From the NCBI GenBank assembly GCA_002792115.1, contig PFNQ01000028.1, positions 1-58,941 on the forward strand: a stretch of 58,941 bases of DNA. The letters run 5' to 3'. The stretch is from Candidatus Woesearchaeota archaeon CG_4_10_14_0_2_um_filter_33_13. GTDB lineage: Archaea; Nanobdellota; Nanobdellia; Woesearchaeales; GW2011-AR9. Both the position numbers and the translations under genes were made by a program. This document shows positions 37,196 through 47,337 of this stretch, one piece after another (position 1 is the first letter of the stretch; every line of letters begins with the position of its first letter). Below the pieces are notes generated by a model, which saw only the letters and a program-made list of their open reading frames with translations, did no database searches and had not been told where the DNA came from.

Positions 37196-38053
37196 ATGAG
37201 TAAAAGTTTGTTATTCTTTTTTCTTTTCTTTCTTTTAGCTAGTTTTTGTCTTGCGGAAAATGGATGTTTTATCAATAAAGATAGTCCCTATTTTTGTTCA
37301 GATATACCAATTGAACTTGCCATAGATGAATGTGGTCTTTATGGTTGTTCTCTTGAAAGTACTTTCTTTTCAGGAAGAAGTTGTTCTGAACAAGAAATGT
37401 TACAAAAATGTCAAGAAAACCCTGCAATCGTCCCCGAACCAGGCATTCTAAATAACAATGATGCTATGCTAAATAAAACCGCGTTAAATCAAACATCAAG
37501 TGATACCAACAAATCCAATTTTTTTCTTATTTTTGGAGCTCTTTTGTTTTTAGGAGCAATAATTTATTTTTTGTACCCAAAATTGAAAGAATATTTTTCT
37601 CCTTTCTTATCCTTTACTAAAAAATTACCCTCTCCGGAACAGTTAAATGCAATCAATACAACACCTTCTTGGTTAAATCCGCAATCTTATAATCCATTAT
37701 CAAGGTGGAAACAAAGGCAATGGCAAAAGAGGCACAAAAAACAGATGGACGACTTTCACCGCGATGAAATTTTATCAGTGTTTGGGCCATCAGAAAAAAA
37801 AGAAAAAACCATTAGAAATAAAGATTTTTATCGTCTTAAAAGTTTATTTAAAGAGTACAAAGATAAACATAAAGATTTTGAAAAAGTAAGAAAAGTGGAC
37901 CATTTTGCGAAATTAGAAGAATTAACTGGAGAGATAAAGAAAAAAGAGGAACAAATTGTTCAGACTTATCAACAGATTGACCCTCAATTATTGGAAAAGC
38001 AAAATAAAGAAGAGTTAATTTTAAAACTAAGAGAAATTGCTAGAGGTCAATAA
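37196..38053 (+). CDS. Type I membrane protein (285 aa): Sec signal, 6-Cys module, TM helix, K/E-rich cytoplasmic tail; short paralog of 38110-44415
   Basis: The start is set at MSKSLLFFFLFFLLASFCLA|ENGCF (ATG 37196, GAGGAGGA 6 nt upstream, 1 nt after the previous stop). TM helix FFLIFGALLFLGAIIYFLY. The tail contains an SVFG motif and coiled-coil-like K/E repeats. Confidence 0.8.
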   Translation: MSKSLLFFFLFFLLASFCLAENGCFINKDSPYFCSDIPIELAIDECGLYGCSLESTFFSGRSCSEQEMLQKCQENPAIVPEPGILNNNDAMLNKTALNQTSSDTNKSNFFLIFGALLFLGAIIYFLYPKLKEYFSPFLSFTKKLPSPEQLNAINTTPSWLNPQSYNPLSRWKQRQWQKRHKKQMDDFHRDEILSVFGPSEKKEKTIRNKDFYRLKSLFKEYKDKHKDFEKVRKVDHFAKLEELTGEIKKKEEQIVQTYQQIDPQLLEKQNKEELILKLREIARGQ

Positions 38054-38109
38054 GCAGATGCTTCCTCGGAAGATTTATAAATATATAAAATTTAATTCTA
38101 TATACTATA

Positions 38110-41100
38110 ATGGTAGTAAAAAAAAGGGGCTCTGTTGTATTAGTCTTAGCTTTATTTGCCTTAATTTTAATTTCAACCCCTATTTCTGCTGAAGTTGCTG
38201 GATGTTATGTGTATCCTACTGCGAGTGAAGACTTGTATTGTGTCCCCGGCGTTTTAGATACCATTGCAAAGGAAGATTGTTTAACTTATCCTGGTTGTGA
38301 CATTAATCAACATTTCCTACCTGGAGCAAATTGTGCAGATTTAACTGAATGTAAAGAAATTACTTGTAATGCTGATTGTCAAATTCATACTTTAGGAAAA
38401 TGTTTACAATTAGGCGGTCAAGCAATTACTGATGCCGAATATGATCTTTGGTGCAGTCCTGGGTGTTGTAAGGTTGCCGATAAATTTTGCCAGTTTAACC
38501 TTTTGAAATTTTCTTGTGAGGATAAAGCTAAGAAATTAGGTGTTACCGATAAGACCAAAATATTTTTTGATAATGCCATTGGTATGAATACCCAGACTTG
38601 TAATCAACAATATTGCCAAATAGATGTGCAACAATCTAATCTGCTTGTTCAAGTTAGTGATGATTTGGGGAATAAACTTTCTGGGGTAAAAGTAACTTTG
38701 GAAGGCACAGGAGTAAATGAGTTAACTGATGATAATGGAGTAAGATTATTTGCTCAGATTAATCCTGGTTCATATTCAGTTAAGGCTACACTTCTTGATT
38801 ATTCTACTGCCATTGCTGTTGTGTCTGTACCTCCAGGAAAAACAACAGCATATAACCTAACTTTGATTAAACAAGCCGGAGTAGCTAAAGTTTTAGGCAC
38901 TGTTAAGAATGACAACATGCAGGTTGTTGCTGACGCCACTATCTCTTGGAAGGGACCAAAAGAAGGGTCAATGAAAACAAATTCCCAAGGTAGTTACGAA
39001 GTATCCCAACTTCCAGCAGGAGATTATCAATTCACTGCTAGCAAAATTGGGTTTAAATCGCAAATTAAACCATTAACATTAACAGCGGGAACATTTCCTA
39101 TAAATTTCCAGTTAGAACCGGCAGGATTGCAAGGTATTAGTGGAAAAGTGTATATTGATACAAACAATAACAAAATTTTTGATTCTGCAGATCAACCAAA
39201 AAATGATGCAGAAATTTATGTAGATGATGTCTTTAAAGGACGTTCCCAATACCCGGGTGGTTCCTTTGCCATTGAAATATCTGTTTCTGCAGAGCAGGAA
39301 GAACACACCATCGCTGCTTCTTTCTTAACTTATCAATTTGAAACAGAAACATTCAAGATAAAAAAAGGAGAATCTATTCAAAATAAGATTTTGTTATTAA
39401 CTGCGTATATTGGAGAATGTACTGAACCAGATACTGAAAAAGAAGCAGAAAACTTTACTGGTAAACCTGTTGTTGGTGAAAAACAAATTCGCTTAGAATG
39501 GACTAAGCCGTGTCCTGAAGTGATTGGTTATGAAATCAAGAAAATTTATGCTGGTCAAGAGATCGATTCACTTTCCGCTCCCCCTTCCGTGAATTATTTA
39601 ATTGATGCTAATGTAGAATGGGGAGAAGAATATAGTTATAGAATTGTTGCTCATTATGATAAAGCAAGAGCAGTTGAAAATACCAATGAAATAACTGTTA
39701 ATGTTGGAGATAAGCGGTGTGAAGGAAGATACAGCCAAAGTAATGGTTGGGAAACATTTTGTATTCTGGGAGATAAAGAACAGCGTAAACAAGTTTACAC
39801 CTGTACAAATTTAAACCAATTATCTATGACGGAAAATTGTGCAGAACGCGATGGTGATGTCGAAGATTACTATTGTTCTCCAATTACTACTGGTTTAGCT
39901 GGCTGTCGTGATGCCGGTGGTTGTGGATTATATGGGCAATCTGCGGATCCTTTTGGGTTGTATTATTCTCGTTCTAGCTGTTATGGTACAGATACTCCAG
40001 AATTAGGAGCTAAGAATTATTGTTATTTTGATTATACTAACACTATCATCGATACTTGTGATGATTGCACTAAAGTTTATAGTTGTTTTGATTACAAAAG
40101 TAAAGATGCCTGCACATTAAACAATTGTTTAGGTGCTAAATGTTCTTGGGTTGATGGTGCGAGTAATGTAAATTTAATTGATTATAGTTTGATAGGATTA
40201 CCTACGCAGGTAACTCCAGAGACTGGAGCAGGGTATTGTGTTGAAGAGAAGTATCCTGAAGAGGATTATTGTGATTTATGTAATCAAGAATCTCCCTTCT
40301 TTGAAAATTATTTCTGTACTGCTGATGTTTGTTCTGGATTAGGAAGATGTTTTTCAACGTTTGAAGTTGATGAATGTAGAACATGTGGCCAATATCCATC
40401 TAAAGAAAAGAATTGTTATGAGTATAGCACGGAGTTAGAATGTGTAAATAATCAAGAGTTTGACCTTAGTCCTTTGGGAGAAATTACTCTTTCAGATGAT
40501 CGATGTGGCTGGGGAAGATGCTTTTGGGATCAACAACCTAATGGTTTCAGTGAGCATGGTTGTTTTAAAGACGGCAATGGTGATTTTAAGGATGATTGTA
40601 TAGAATTTGTCAGCGCTGGAGAAAGACAAGCTTGTGAGATAGACAATTCTGCGCCAAAAACCAAGATTATTCCAGAGGGGATTAATGTAATCTCTTTAGC
40701 AAAATCAAATATTTCCTTTTTAGGAGATGATAGTTATCATCCTCATGGTGGGCAGAAAAATAAAATGGGCGTTTTAGGATTGTGTATCGTTGAAGCTAGC
40801 AGCAATGCCGACAATTATTGTGAAGATGATTTTACTATTTTTCCATATCCTGGAAAAGATGATGCTGAAATTATTGCAATTAATTTGTTAAATACTTCTT
40901 ATTTAGGTAGTGAAGAAATTAATGGAGAAACTCGTCGGGTAAAATATTATTCTGAGGATATTTACTACAACAGAGAATCGTTAAAGGATGCTTTTGTTTA
41001 TGTAGATAATGTTCCCCCTAAATTTGAGATTAAAGAGAGCATCGAAACTTCCGCTGACATAACTACTTTATCTGTTTATTTGGAAAAAACAAATGAGATC

Positions 41101-44100
41101 ATGGCTTGCGATTTTAAATTGAACCAATTAATTCCACAAGGGGAGTCCCAAACTGTTTCTGTACCAAGAGAAGAAGTGGATAAAGCAGCAATTTTTGAAA
41201 ATATGAAAGCGTTAACTGTTAACTTAACAGTAACATGTACTGATGATCAAGGAAATAAGAATACAAAAGAAAAATCTTACACCTTTGATTTACAACAAAA
41301 TATTGATATAATTTCCCCAGAAATGTATGGGGCAGTTTCAACCACAGAAATTTATTTTGAAGTTGAAACATCAGTAGGTGCTACTTGTGGATTATATTTA
41401 AGTGCAAATAATGAAAAGGTTGCTGATTTCGTTAGTGATCCAGAAGGGAAGAAACATAAAACTATTGCTGTCAGTGGATTTGTTGAAGGAGAATATGCAG
41501 CCATATACAAGGTTGCTTGTAGTGATTTGTTGCAACCTGAAAAGGTGTATGAAGACTATTTCCACTTTACTGTTGATTTTACTCCCCCCAAAACACAGAT
41601 TATTTTAACTGAAGGGACTAGAGAAGTTAAACCATTAAACTTTGGTTGGGAAGAATTTTTTATTGAATCTGCTATAGTTAATTTTGAATGTACTGCAGAA
41701 GGGTTTGAGTGTGATAAAACGTATTATTGTTTAGGAGAAGATTGCGATTTTATTGAAAACGAGAAATTCCAGGAATTTTCCGAATTTGTGGAATTGTTAG
41801 AATCAACATATATCTGTTATTACTCTACAGATTTGGGAAATAACACTATTTATCAGCCTTTATGCGGCCAGGTTAATATCGAAGGGTTTGGAATAACTTT
41901 AGAAAAACCGACAGTTCATTATTATCAAGAAGAGCAATGGGGTATTAGCAATGTACCTAAATTTGAGTTTCAGTTCTTTACTAAAGTCCCAACTGTAGAG
42001 TGCCGTATCGACTTTACTTCTGGGTTTGTCTATGAATCTGTTCCAGCGCATAAAATCAGAAGTATCAATGCTGAAGGGAAGTATCTCTTCGTAGATTTCC
42101 CTGAAAGTGTTTTCTCACCATTTGAGGAGGATTGTAATAGTGATGAATGCATTAAGAGAATATACATTAAATGTAAAAACTCCGATAATCAAATTGGTCC
42201 AGAAGCAATTATTAATTTGGAATACGACTTTACTGCTCCAGAAATTTTAGATGCTTACGCAGAACCAGATAAAATTTACGAAGGAATAAGCACTGAATTA
42301 TTTGTTAATACTGATGACAAAACCTTGTGTAAATATAGTGATATTTCTGAGGGAGAAGGAAGCAGTGAATACGGAAATATGGAGTATTCTTTCCCTGGAA
42401 CAGAAGATTTGATCTTAAAGACTTTACATCAAGAAACTTTTAACCTAGGATTTTCTGGTCCTTCAAAAGAATATACTTTGGCCACTCAATGTAAGAATGG
42501 GGCAGGAGGATTATCTACGACTGAAGAGATTAAATTTTTGGTAGATTATTCTCAGAAAGGGTATATTCTTCCAGAATCATTACTGCCACAGGGATTTGTT
42601 TGGACGGAGGATGTTACACTTTCCTTACAAACATCAAAAAATGCCCTTTGTAGTTATAACCTTGAAGGGGAAGGATACCTTCCATTTGAAACAGGAGCGT
42701 ATACTACAACACATTCTTCAAGTGTAATCGGATTGATTGAAGGAGAATACGACATTTTAGTGAAATGCGTTATGGGAGATTATATTGATCATGAAACAAT
42801 TCATTTCATTATTGACCGCACTGCTCCTGAAATAACAAACGTCGAAGATGGAAATTATACTTGTGGAAAAGATCAGATTAATGTGATGGTATATAGCACA
42901 GAATTGAATGGAATTAGTAAGTACATTTATGAAGTTTATGACGCTGGTAATGCTGAAGTTTCTACAACCAACACAACTTTTTATAATACTACTAACTCTT
43001 CTACTTCCTCTGGACAAATGGTTTTAAATGGCGAGTATACGGAAGACTTACCTTTAGAAATATCTACTTCAACACTAACAGCAGGAAAAAAGTATAACAT
43101 TAAAGTTAAAGCCACTGATCTTGCTGGAAATGAAGGGGCCTTTGCTGAGAGTAATGGTGTCTCCGTTGTTGATTCTAATTTTTCAATCTGTGCAGAGGAT
43201 ACACAAAAACCAACAGTAGAATTTATTATGAATAGTTCATCTTGTACGGCTGTTCAAGTCGAACTATTGTGTCAAGATGAAGTTGGTTGTAGTAAACTTC
43301 TTTACGGAAAGCACGGAACTTCCTCATTATGTACTTCCAACATAACCTATTCAGGAAGCAAACTCTCATTTGACCAAAACTCTTGGTTATGTTATTATGC
43401 AGAAGATAATTCTGGAAACAACCATACTGACCAAAAGAAAATCACTTTTGTTGATGAAGATGGAGATGGTGTAGCTGATCATTGTGATGAATGTGCGGGC
43501 ACACCTGGAGGTAAAGAAGTAAATGCTATTGGTTGTGCTGATGGTGAAGTTTCAGCTGAACAAGAGAAAGAAGATACGGATGGTGATAGCTTACCAGACA
43601 TTTGGGAGAAGACTTTTGATGCTTTTGATTGTTCTTTAAATTACGCAAGCGTTGATTCTGACGATAATAGTATCACAGATAATTTGGAAGATTATGATAG
43701 TGATGGGTATAGTAATTATGAAGAATATAAAGTTGGGTATAATCCTTGTATTGCTGATACTCCTGCAGAGATAGTAGAGGAAGAAACAACTACTACAACT
43801 GAAACTGATGAAAAGACAACCGCTTCTGGAGAAGAATTCATTCCTAGTAGCTCTGCTGAAGGAAGCCTTGTTCCATGGATATTTTTCATAATGGGTTTGT
43901 TGATGGTTATAGGCGGTACGGGGTATTTAATTTATTATTACAAATATTCTCCTGCTGCCCAGGGTGGTCCAAAGATTACTGCCTTTACAGGAACTAGAAC
44001 AAATAGGTTCCCGGAAAGACCGGGTGTTAAGCAAGAACAGGTTCCAGGAAAAGATTGGAGTAGTAAGCTAGAACAATTGCGTAAGGGGAGAGAAGGAAAA

Positions 44101-44415
44101 TTAAAAGAGCGTAAGCGTCAAAGTGTTTTTGGTGAATTTAATAAGCAATCCAATGAGATTCCTCACATTGAAGAATTATTAAGCAAGAAAGTCCCTCACC
44201 TAGATAAAGTACAAGATTTGGCCCAAAAATATGTTGAACATAAAGAAGAAATTAAACCGGGGTTAAAACCAGAGGAAAAAAGTATTTTCAACAAGTTGGA
44301 ACAAATTTCTGATAAAACAAAAAATAAAGATATTGCTGAGATTGTTAGCAAGGAAGAAGCTAAAGATATCTTTAGCAAATTAAAAGATATCAGTAAAAAG
44401 AGAAAAGAAAAATGA
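38110..44415 (+). CDS. Giant type I membrane adhesin-like protein (2101 aa)
   Basis: Signal MVVKKRGSVVLVLALFALILISTPISA|EVAGC. The same 6-Cys N-module as 37196-38053. Three CarboxypepD_reg-like beta-sandwiches (e.g. GVKVTLEG...TDDNGVRLF..INPGSYSVKATLLDY). FN3-like IRLEWTKPCPEVIGYEIKK...YSYRIVAHY. A long Cys-rich middle section. TSP3-like DEDGDGVADHCDEC, DTDGDSLPDIWE, DSDGYSNYEEY. TM helix LVPWIFFIMGLLMVIGGTGYLIYYY. A tail of about 170 aa, K/E-rich. TATA-like ATTTATAAATATATAAA lies about 25 nt upstream. Confidence 0.9.
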   Translation: MVVKKRGSVVLVLALFALILISTPISAEVAGCYVYPTASEDLYCVPGVLDTIAKEDCLTYPGCDINQHFLPGANCADLTECKEITCNADCQIHTLGKCLQLGGQAITDAEYDLWCSPGCCKVADKFCQFNLLKFSCEDKAKKLGVTDKTKIFFDNAIGMNTQTCNQQYCQIDVQQSNLLVQVSDDLGNKLSGVKVTLEGTGVNELTDDNGVRLFAQINPGSYSVKATLLDYSTAIAVVSVPPGKTTAYNLTLIKQAGVAKVLGTVKNDNMQVVADATISWKGPKEGSMKTNSQGSYEVSQLPAGDYQFTASKIGFKSQIKPLTLTAGTFPINFQLEPAGLQGISGKVYIDTNNNKIFDSADQPKNDAEIYVDDVFKGRSQYPGGSFAIEISVSAEQEEHTIAASFLTYQFETETFKIKKGESIQNKILLLTAYIGECTEPDTEKEAENFTGKPVVGEKQIRLEWTKPCPEVIGYEIKKIYAGQEIDSLSAPPSVNYLIDANVEWGEEYSYRIVAHYDKARAVENTNEITVNVGDKRCEGRYSQSNGWETFCILGDKEQRKQVYTCTNLNQLSMTENCAERDGDVEDYYCSPITTGLAGCRDAGGCGLYGQSADPFGLYYSRSSCYGTDTPELGAKNYCYFDYTNTIIDTCDDCTKVYSCFDYKSKDACTLNNCLGAKCSWVDGASNVNLIDYSLIGLPTQVTPETGAGYCVEEKYPEEDYCDLCNQESPFFENYFCTADVCSGLGRCFSTFEVDECRTCGQYPSKEKNCYEYSTELECVNNQEFDLSPLGEITLSDDRCGWGRCFWDQQPNGFSEHGCFKDGNGDFKDDCIEFVSAGERQACEIDNSAPKTKIIPEGINVISLAKSNISFLGDDSYHPHGGQKNKMGVLGLCIVEASSNADNYCEDDFTIFPYPGKDDAEIIAINLLNTSYLGSEEINGETRRVKYYSEDIYYNRESLKDAFVYVDNVPPKFEIKESIETSADITTLSVYLEKTNEIMACDFKLNQLIPQGESQTVSVPREEVDKAAIFENMKALTVNLTVTCTDDQGNKNTKEKSYTFDLQQNIDIISPEMYGAVSTTEIYFEVETSVGATCGLYLSANNEKVADFVSDPEGKKHKTIAVSGFVEGEYAAIYKVACSDLLQPEKVYEDYFHFTVDFTPPKTQIILTEGTREVKPLNFGWEEFFIESAIVNFECTAEGFECDKTYYCLGEDCDFIENEKFQEFSEFVELLESTYICYYSTDLGNNTIYQPLCGQVNIEGFGITLEKPTVHYYQEEQWGISNVPKFEFQFFTKVPTVECRIDFTSGFVYESVPAHKIRSINAEGKYLFVDFPESVFSPFEEDCNSDECIKRIYIKCKNSDNQIGPEAIINLEYDFTAPEILDAYAEPDKIYEGISTELFVNTDDKTLCKYSDISEGEGSSEYGNMEYSFPGTEDLILKTLHQETFNLGFSGPSKEYTLATQCKNGAGGLSTTEEIKFLVDYSQKGYILPESLLPQGFVWTEDVTLSLQTSKNALCSYNLEGEGYLPFETGAYTTTHSSSVIGLIEGEYDILVKCVMGDYIDHETIHFIIDRTAPEITNVEDGNYTCGKDQINVMVYSTELNGISKYIYEVYDAGNAEVSTTNTTFYNTTNSSTSSGQMVLNGEYTEDLPLEISTSTLTAGKKYNIKVKATDLAGNEGAFAESNGVSVVDSNFSICAEDTQKPTVEFIMNSSSCTAVQVELLCQDEVGCSKLLYGKHGTSSLCTSNITYSGSKLSFDQNSWLCYYAEDNSGNNHTDQKKITFVDEDGDGVADHCDECAGTPGGKEVNAIGCADGEVSAEQEKEDTDGDSLPDIWEKTFDAFDCSLNYASVDSDDNSITDNLEDYDSDGYSNYEEYKVGYNPCIADTPAEIVEEETTTTTETDEKTTASGEEFIPSSSAEGSLVPWIFFIMGLLMVIGGTGYLIYYYKYSPAAQGGPKITAFTGTRTNRFPERPGVKQEQVPGKDWSSKLEQLRKGREGKLKERKRQSVFGEFNKQSNEIPHIEELLSKKVPHLDKVQDLAQKYVEHKEEIKPGLKPEEKSIFNKLEQISDKTKNKDIAEIVSKEEAKDIFSKLKDISKKRKEK

Positions 44416-44993
44416 TCGTAAACCAAACAAACAAAACCAGAAAAACAGATAAGATAAACCAAATAAATAAGATAAATAAAATAAACAAAAGGGGGATGGG
44501 TGTTGGTCAAGTTTTTGTGTTTATTATTGCGGGAATAACGTTTGCCTTAATTATGATTTTTGGTTATCAATCTATAACACAATTTACTAAAAGTGGAGAG
44601 GATGTAGAGTTTGTTCAATTTAAGACCAGTTTAGAAACATCTGTTAAAAAGATTTATACTGAGTTTGGTTCGGTAAGAATTGAAAGATATAGTCTGCCCC
44701 AAAAGTATGAACAAATTTGTTTTGTTGATTTAGACTCTGAGTATGATCCGGATTTATGTAAAAAAGATCAAATTGCTTGTTCGGTTTGGAAAACTGCTAA
44801 AGAAGAGGGGGGTTATAATGCAGTTGATGAAAATGTATTTATTCAACCAATTGCCCCTGTGCCCCTTAAAGTATACCATATCTCTATAGATAATGAGGGT
44901 AAGAATTTTTTGTGCTTACCAATTGTCAAGGGAGCATTTAGCCTTTATTTGGAAGGTCGCGGTGATTTAACTAGAATATCAACAACAAATTAA
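44412..44993 (+). CDS. Pilin-like-leader protein
   Basis: ...KRGMGVG|QVFVFIIAGITFALIMIFGY. The alternative start is ATG 44496, preceded by AAAGGGGG. The longer form starts at an ATGA overlap and translates an (A/G)ATAAA low-complexity tract as KINQINKINKINK. Confidence 0.65.
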   Translation: MIVNQTNKTRKTDKINQINKINKINKRGMGVGQVFVFIIAGITFALIMIFGYQSITQFTKSGEDVEFVQFKTSLETSVKKIYTEFGSVRIERYSLPQKYEQICFVDLDSEYDPDLCKKDQIACSVWKTAKEEGGYNAVDENVFIQPIAPVPLKVYHISIDNEGKNFLCLPIVKGAFSLYLEGRGDLTRISTTN

Positions 44994-45017
44994 TTTGCTT
45001 CAGAATTTAAGATTATT

Positions 45018-46124
45018 ATGGCAGTAAAAAAAAAAGCCCAAATCGCAGTAACCTTTAATTGGGTATATATTTTAATAGCTGGAGCAGTAATCCTTTTATT
45101 TTTTATTGGAATTGTAGTAAAGCAGAAATCAATTTCAGAAGAAAATTTAGCTACTGATGTAGTTAGAGTAATGGAATCAATTTTTACTGGTGCGGGAGTA
45201 TCAGAAAAAACGAAAAATTTTGTTGACATCAGCGGGTTAGCAGATTATACCCTCTTCTTCGGTTGTAGTGAAGGAGTAACAGAATATGGCATTAGTGGGA
45301 AAGGCAAACCTGTACAAAATAACATTGATCCAATTTTTGCTCCATTGGAACTAAAAGATACAGTTTTAGTGTTGTGGAGTTTACCATATAAACTTCCGTT
45401 TAAGGTTATTGATTTTACTTTTGTTTCCTCTAGAAAAAGCAAGATTTATTTGATGGGCAACACCCCATTTATTAATGAGTTTATCAATGCCACTTCTGGA
45501 TTTGATAATATTGAAAAGATTAATGACGTTTCAGAAATTGATCCCGCTAGGAATTATCAATTTAAAATTGTTGATTTTTCTGGAGGACAATTCATTTCTC
45601 AAGGCATCCCTTCTGCTTTATCTGATGTTGATGACAATAAAGTTACCGCAGTAGTCTTTACTGGACAAGACCAAGTAGACTATTATCAAAAGGAAGGCCA
45701 AATGTGGAAAAAGAAGAATAAACTCCCAGTAAGAATAATTTCTCTTGGAGGAGAAAGAGATTCTGCCCGCTTTGCTACTATTTTTGCTGGGGATGATAAA
45801 ACATATGTCTGCAGTATGGGTAAGGCTTTTTTACGGTTAAGATATTTATTAGAAGTATATCAATCTAAATTAACTGAAATGAAAGAATTTTATGAAACTG
45901 ACCCCCAATTGATGGCAGGGGATTGTTATAATTACATCAGCGATCAGGGGTATGAGGTAAATGTGGAATCTAGTTTGCGTTCTTTAAAAAATAGGTTAGA
46001 TGCCTGTTTAGTTAATTTTCCAATTTCTTATGACTATTGTACTGAAATGGTCGGTGCTGCCGAAAAATTAAGAGAAGCAAACGCCAATTTGGCGGAAAGA
46101 GGAGATTGTCTGACTTTATACTGA
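45018..46124 (+). CDS. Pilin-like-leader protein (368 aa)
   Basis: MAVKKKA|QIAVTFNWVYILIAGAVILLFFIGIVV, then a soluble domain with few Cys. No family recognised. Confidence 0.7.
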   Translation: MAVKKKAQIAVTFNWVYILIAGAVILLFFIGIVVKQKSISEENLATDVVRVMESIFTGAGVSEKTKNFVDISGLADYTLFFGCSEGVTEYGISGKGKPVQNNIDPIFAPLELKDTVLVLWSLPYKLPFKVIDFTFVSSRKSKIYLMGNTPFINEFINATSGFDNIEKINDVSEIDPARNYQFKIVDFSGGQFISQGIPSALSDVDDNKVTAVVFTGQDQVDYYQKEGQMWKKKNKLPVRIISLGGERDSARFATIFAGDDKTYVCSMGKAFLRLRYLLEVYQSKLTEMKEFYETDPQLMAGDCYNYISDQGYEVNVESSLRSLKNRLDACLVNFPISYDYCTEMVGAAEKLREANANLAERGDCLTLY

Positions 46125-46133
46125 TTTTACAAA

Positions 46134-46670
46134 ATGAAAAAAAAGAATTTATGTCCCCGTAAAAGAAAAGGGCAAATGCAAATGACTGAGACGATTGCAG
46201 TTCTGTTCATCTTTTTTATTTTGATTTTATTTGGAATTATGTTTTATTATAAATATCAAGGGGTTGCATTTAAAGAAAAACAGGAAGAGTTGTTAGGAGC
46301 AAGAGCTATGGACACAACATTAAAGGTTTTGTTTCTTCCCGAAATTAGTTGTACTAAAGGAGAGGCTGAACCAGAAGATAATTGTTTTGACATGATGAAA
46401 TTGCGCCATGCTAATGAAACATTTAAAAAATATATCACCAAATATTACTTCAACCTTTTTTCTTACTCCCGGATTTATGTCCAAGAAGTTTATCCAGAAC
46501 AAACACAGTACATTTTGTATGATAAAGAAATCCCTTTTTTAGAAGATGGAACTAAAGGGTGGGAAAAGAAAGAACCAACTTTCTTTACTGTTACATTAAA
46601 GGATGAAAGCAAAAGCGCAATCATCCCTCATTATGGATTTGGTTATGTTGTGGTGGAGGTTTATTTATGA
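46134..46670 (+). CDS. Pilin-like-leader protein (178 aa)
   Basis: MKKKNLCPRKRKG|QMQMTETIAVLFIFFILILFGIMF. A basic leader, Gly at -1, Gln at +1, then a hydrophobic helix. Confidence 0.72.
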   Translation: MKKKNLCPRKRKGQMQMTETIAVLFIFFILILFGIMFYYKYQGVAFKEKQEELLGARAMDTTLKVLFLPEISCTKGEAEPEDNCFDMMKLRHANETFKKYITKYYFNLFSYSRIYVQEVYPEQTQYILYDKEIPFLEDGTKGWEKKEPTFFTVTLKDESKSAIIPHYGFGYVVVEVYL

Positions 46671-47233
46671 GATTGTCTAAATCTCGTTCTGCACAAATGG
46701 AAATGATTGGATTAGTGATAATTGTCATTTTAATTTCATTGGGGATGCTTTTTGCTGCTCAGTTTGCACTTAAAGAGAATCCGCAAAAAAAAATATTTAC
46801 CCGTAAAGGTCTTTCTTATAGTACAATGAGTGCATTGATGAAAACCACAGTATATGAACCTGGATGTGAAGGTGACTTTAAAAGTTCTTTAAATCCACAA
46901 ATTGGCAAAGATCTTTTGGAAGACTGTGCTCGTAACAAAGGTTTTATTCAAGACAATGGGTTTTCTTTGTACAGATGTAGAAATCAGCATACTTGTATTT
47001 TTTTGAGAGAATTTATTAGTGAGATGTTAAATGAAACTCTTGGCGGGTGGAATAAAAACTATGAGTTCACTTCCGAATTGATTCAGGCCGAATCTGATGT
47101 CCCTCAACCTCTTTTTGAAAAGATTGTAGGTAGTCATGGTGGGTGTTATAAGAAAGAGAGAGACAGTTCAGGTTTATTTCCAATACATACAGAATCTGGA
47201 TTAGTACAAAGTCAGCTACTTTTGTGTGATTAA
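46667..47233 (+). CDS. Pilin-like-leader protein (188 aa), Cys-containing
   Basis: MRLSKSRSA|QMEMIGLVIIVILISLGMLFAAQF. ATGA overlap with the previous gene. Confidence 0.72.
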   Translation: MRLSKSRSAQMEMIGLVIIVILISLGMLFAAQFALKENPQKKIFTRKGLSYSTMSALMKTTVYEPGCEGDFKSSLNPQIGKDLLEDCARNKGFIQDNGFSLYRCRNQHTCIFLREFISEMLNETLGGWNKNYEFTSELIQAESDVPQPLFEKIVGSHGGCYKKERDSSGLFPIHTESGLVQSQLLLCD

Positions 47234-47337
47234 ATTTATGACCACGATTGAATTTATAGCAACATTTATATATAAAATTTCTTTCTTTAAGATAAAATAA
47301 TAGTCTATAATAAAGAGAAAAAATGAGGTGTGATAGA

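Noticed and set aside
44430-44490. Short tandem (A/G)ATAAA-type repeats, considered as a CRISPR or regulatory array
   Set aside because: It is only about 60 nt of degenerate 4-8-nt units with no spacer structure. It is low-complexity A-rich DNA between, or at the 5' end of, genes. No CRISPR array exists anywhere in the window.
45422-45436. ORB-like half match GTTTCC TCT AGAAAA inside the 368-aa pilin-like gene
   Set aside because: Only one arm is exact, it lies in coding sequence and has no G-string. This is compatible with chance in AT-rich DNA.
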